Positions 63,026 to 64,000 of a stretch of 64,000 nucleotides of DNA are shown piece after piece. Where the stretch lies: assembly GCA_004431415.1 (NCBI GenBank), contig QPMI01000495.1, positions 186,001 to 250,000 of the forward strand. The letters run 5' to 3'. The translations under genes were made by a program, and so were the position numbers. The stretch comes from Cyanophora paradoxa CCMP329. Taxonomy: Eukaryota; Plantae; Glaucophyta. The notes beneath the pieces are model-generated. The model was not told the DNA's origin. It was given only the letters and a program-made list of their open reading frames with translations, and made no database searches. The first letter of the stretch is position 1; every line of letters begins with the position of its first letter.

Positions 63026-63256
63026 ATAGTTGTTATACGAGGAACGTAGTATAACGTACTTCGGACAGCGTGAATAATGTATAATTGTTACATAAATTTC
63101 GCACTCTTTGTTGCTTCGCAACAAGTACTTCTTGGGTACTTGTTGCACCTGCAACAAGTCCTACGAGCTTCCTAAGAGCTGCAGCAGTGAGCTATCGCTG
63201 CAGCTGCTGCAGCTTCTCTTCAGATTGCTTGATAGCAGCTTCGCTTCTTGCTCCCA
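63026..63256 (+). repeat. Internal A repeat (A2) of element 2; with upstream sequence forms a hairpin at ~63000-63087
   Basis: Stems CGCTGTCCGAA/TTCGGACAGCG and GTTATAC/GTATAAC; apex GAGGAACGTA. Confidence 0.9.
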
Positions 63257-63375
63257 CCCAACCCTCCCTAATATATGGATGCTGTTCTGCTGTCTATATA
63301 ATTCCCTCCCTTGCGTGCGGCCTCGAGCTGCATTCTCGTGCACTATTAATTGCGTGCTGTTGTTTTTTCTGTCAG

Positions 63376-64000
63376 GTTTTACTGCTCGCTGTCTCGGAAG
63401 TGCGGATGCCTTGGCGGCATGGCGTGCAATCGGAACAAGTGATTACATCCTTTCATGGCTTCAGAACGGCTACCCTCTTGCTGGCGTCGAGCATCTGCTC
63501 CTAGTGTACATTACAATGCTGGTCAATCTCAGCGCCCTCGTGAGAGTACTTTCATTCGGGCAGAAATTCAGAAGCTGCTCGGTACCGGCGCTATTCGGGT
63601 GGCCCCCAAGCCCCCGAAAATTGTTTGCTCGCTATTTACGGTTCCAAAGAAGACTGGTGATAAGCTCAGACTGATTTGGGATGGCCGCCCAACAAATCGA
63701 GGTCTTCCTCCTGTCCCTTTTCGCTATGAAAATATGCGCGAGGTCATCGCCTTGCTGCGACCTGGCTGGTTTATGTTTACTATCGACCTCGAGTCGGGAT
63801 ATCATCATGTACCGGTAGACCCGCAATATTTCTCGTACCTGGGCTTCCAGTACGATAGTACTTTCTTCGAATACACCGTTTTACCCTTCGGGCTCTCACA
63901 TGCCCCATATGCATTCACCAAGATCATACGTCAGGTCATTAAATTTCTCCGCGCACACGGTATTACCGTGGTATCGTATGTAGATGATTTCTGGTTTGCG
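63376..64000 (+). CDS. DIRS-type reverse transcriptase (partial; frameshift at ~63500)
   Basis: VPKKTGDKLRLIWDGRPTN...TIDLESGYHHV...VLPFGLSHAPYAFTK...SYVDDF. Confidence 0.92.

Larger units (their letters stand above)
40515..64000 (+). mobile_element. DIRS-order split-direct-repeat retroelement 2 (A1-gag-spacer-A2-RT...), interrupted by the Gypsy element and running off the window
   Basis: 231-bp direct repeats at 40515-40745 and 63026-63256; gag at 40745-41806; RT at 63376-64000; Gypsy inserted in the spacer with a TACAT TSD. Confidence 0.85.

Overview
Eukaryotic genomic DNA from a GC-rich, intron-dense, probably flagellated protist or alga (glaucophyte-like style; inference only). About 0.4-27.3 kb is gene-dense host DNA with six multi-exon genes and tiny GC-rich introns, several with GC-AG splice sites. 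The genes encode a WD40 protein, an LCAT/LPLA2-family lipase, a HI0933/BaiN flavoprotein, a PPR protein, an axonemal-dynein-light-chain-domain coiled-coil protein and a P-loop ATPase. From about 28.6 kb to the end is a nest of mobile DNA. It holds a TIR-bounded repeat element with a 5'-truncated LINE tail, an AT-rich endogenous-virus remnant (penton-like C-terminus), two divergent DIRS-order retroelements and a 20.5-kb Ty3/Gypsy LTR element. The two DIRS-like elements share an unusual layout: leader A, signal-peptide gag, spacer, second copy of A, RT. The internal A copy folds with upstream sequence into a long hairpin whose apex (C-GAG...GAA...CGTA-G) and 12-nt distance to the element end are conserved. 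The Gypsy element appears to encode one ~6,000-aa polyprotein with ~3,500 aa of unrecognised sequence between Gag and protease. Exon boundaries and domain calls were made by eye, so coordinates of intron-containing genes are approximate.
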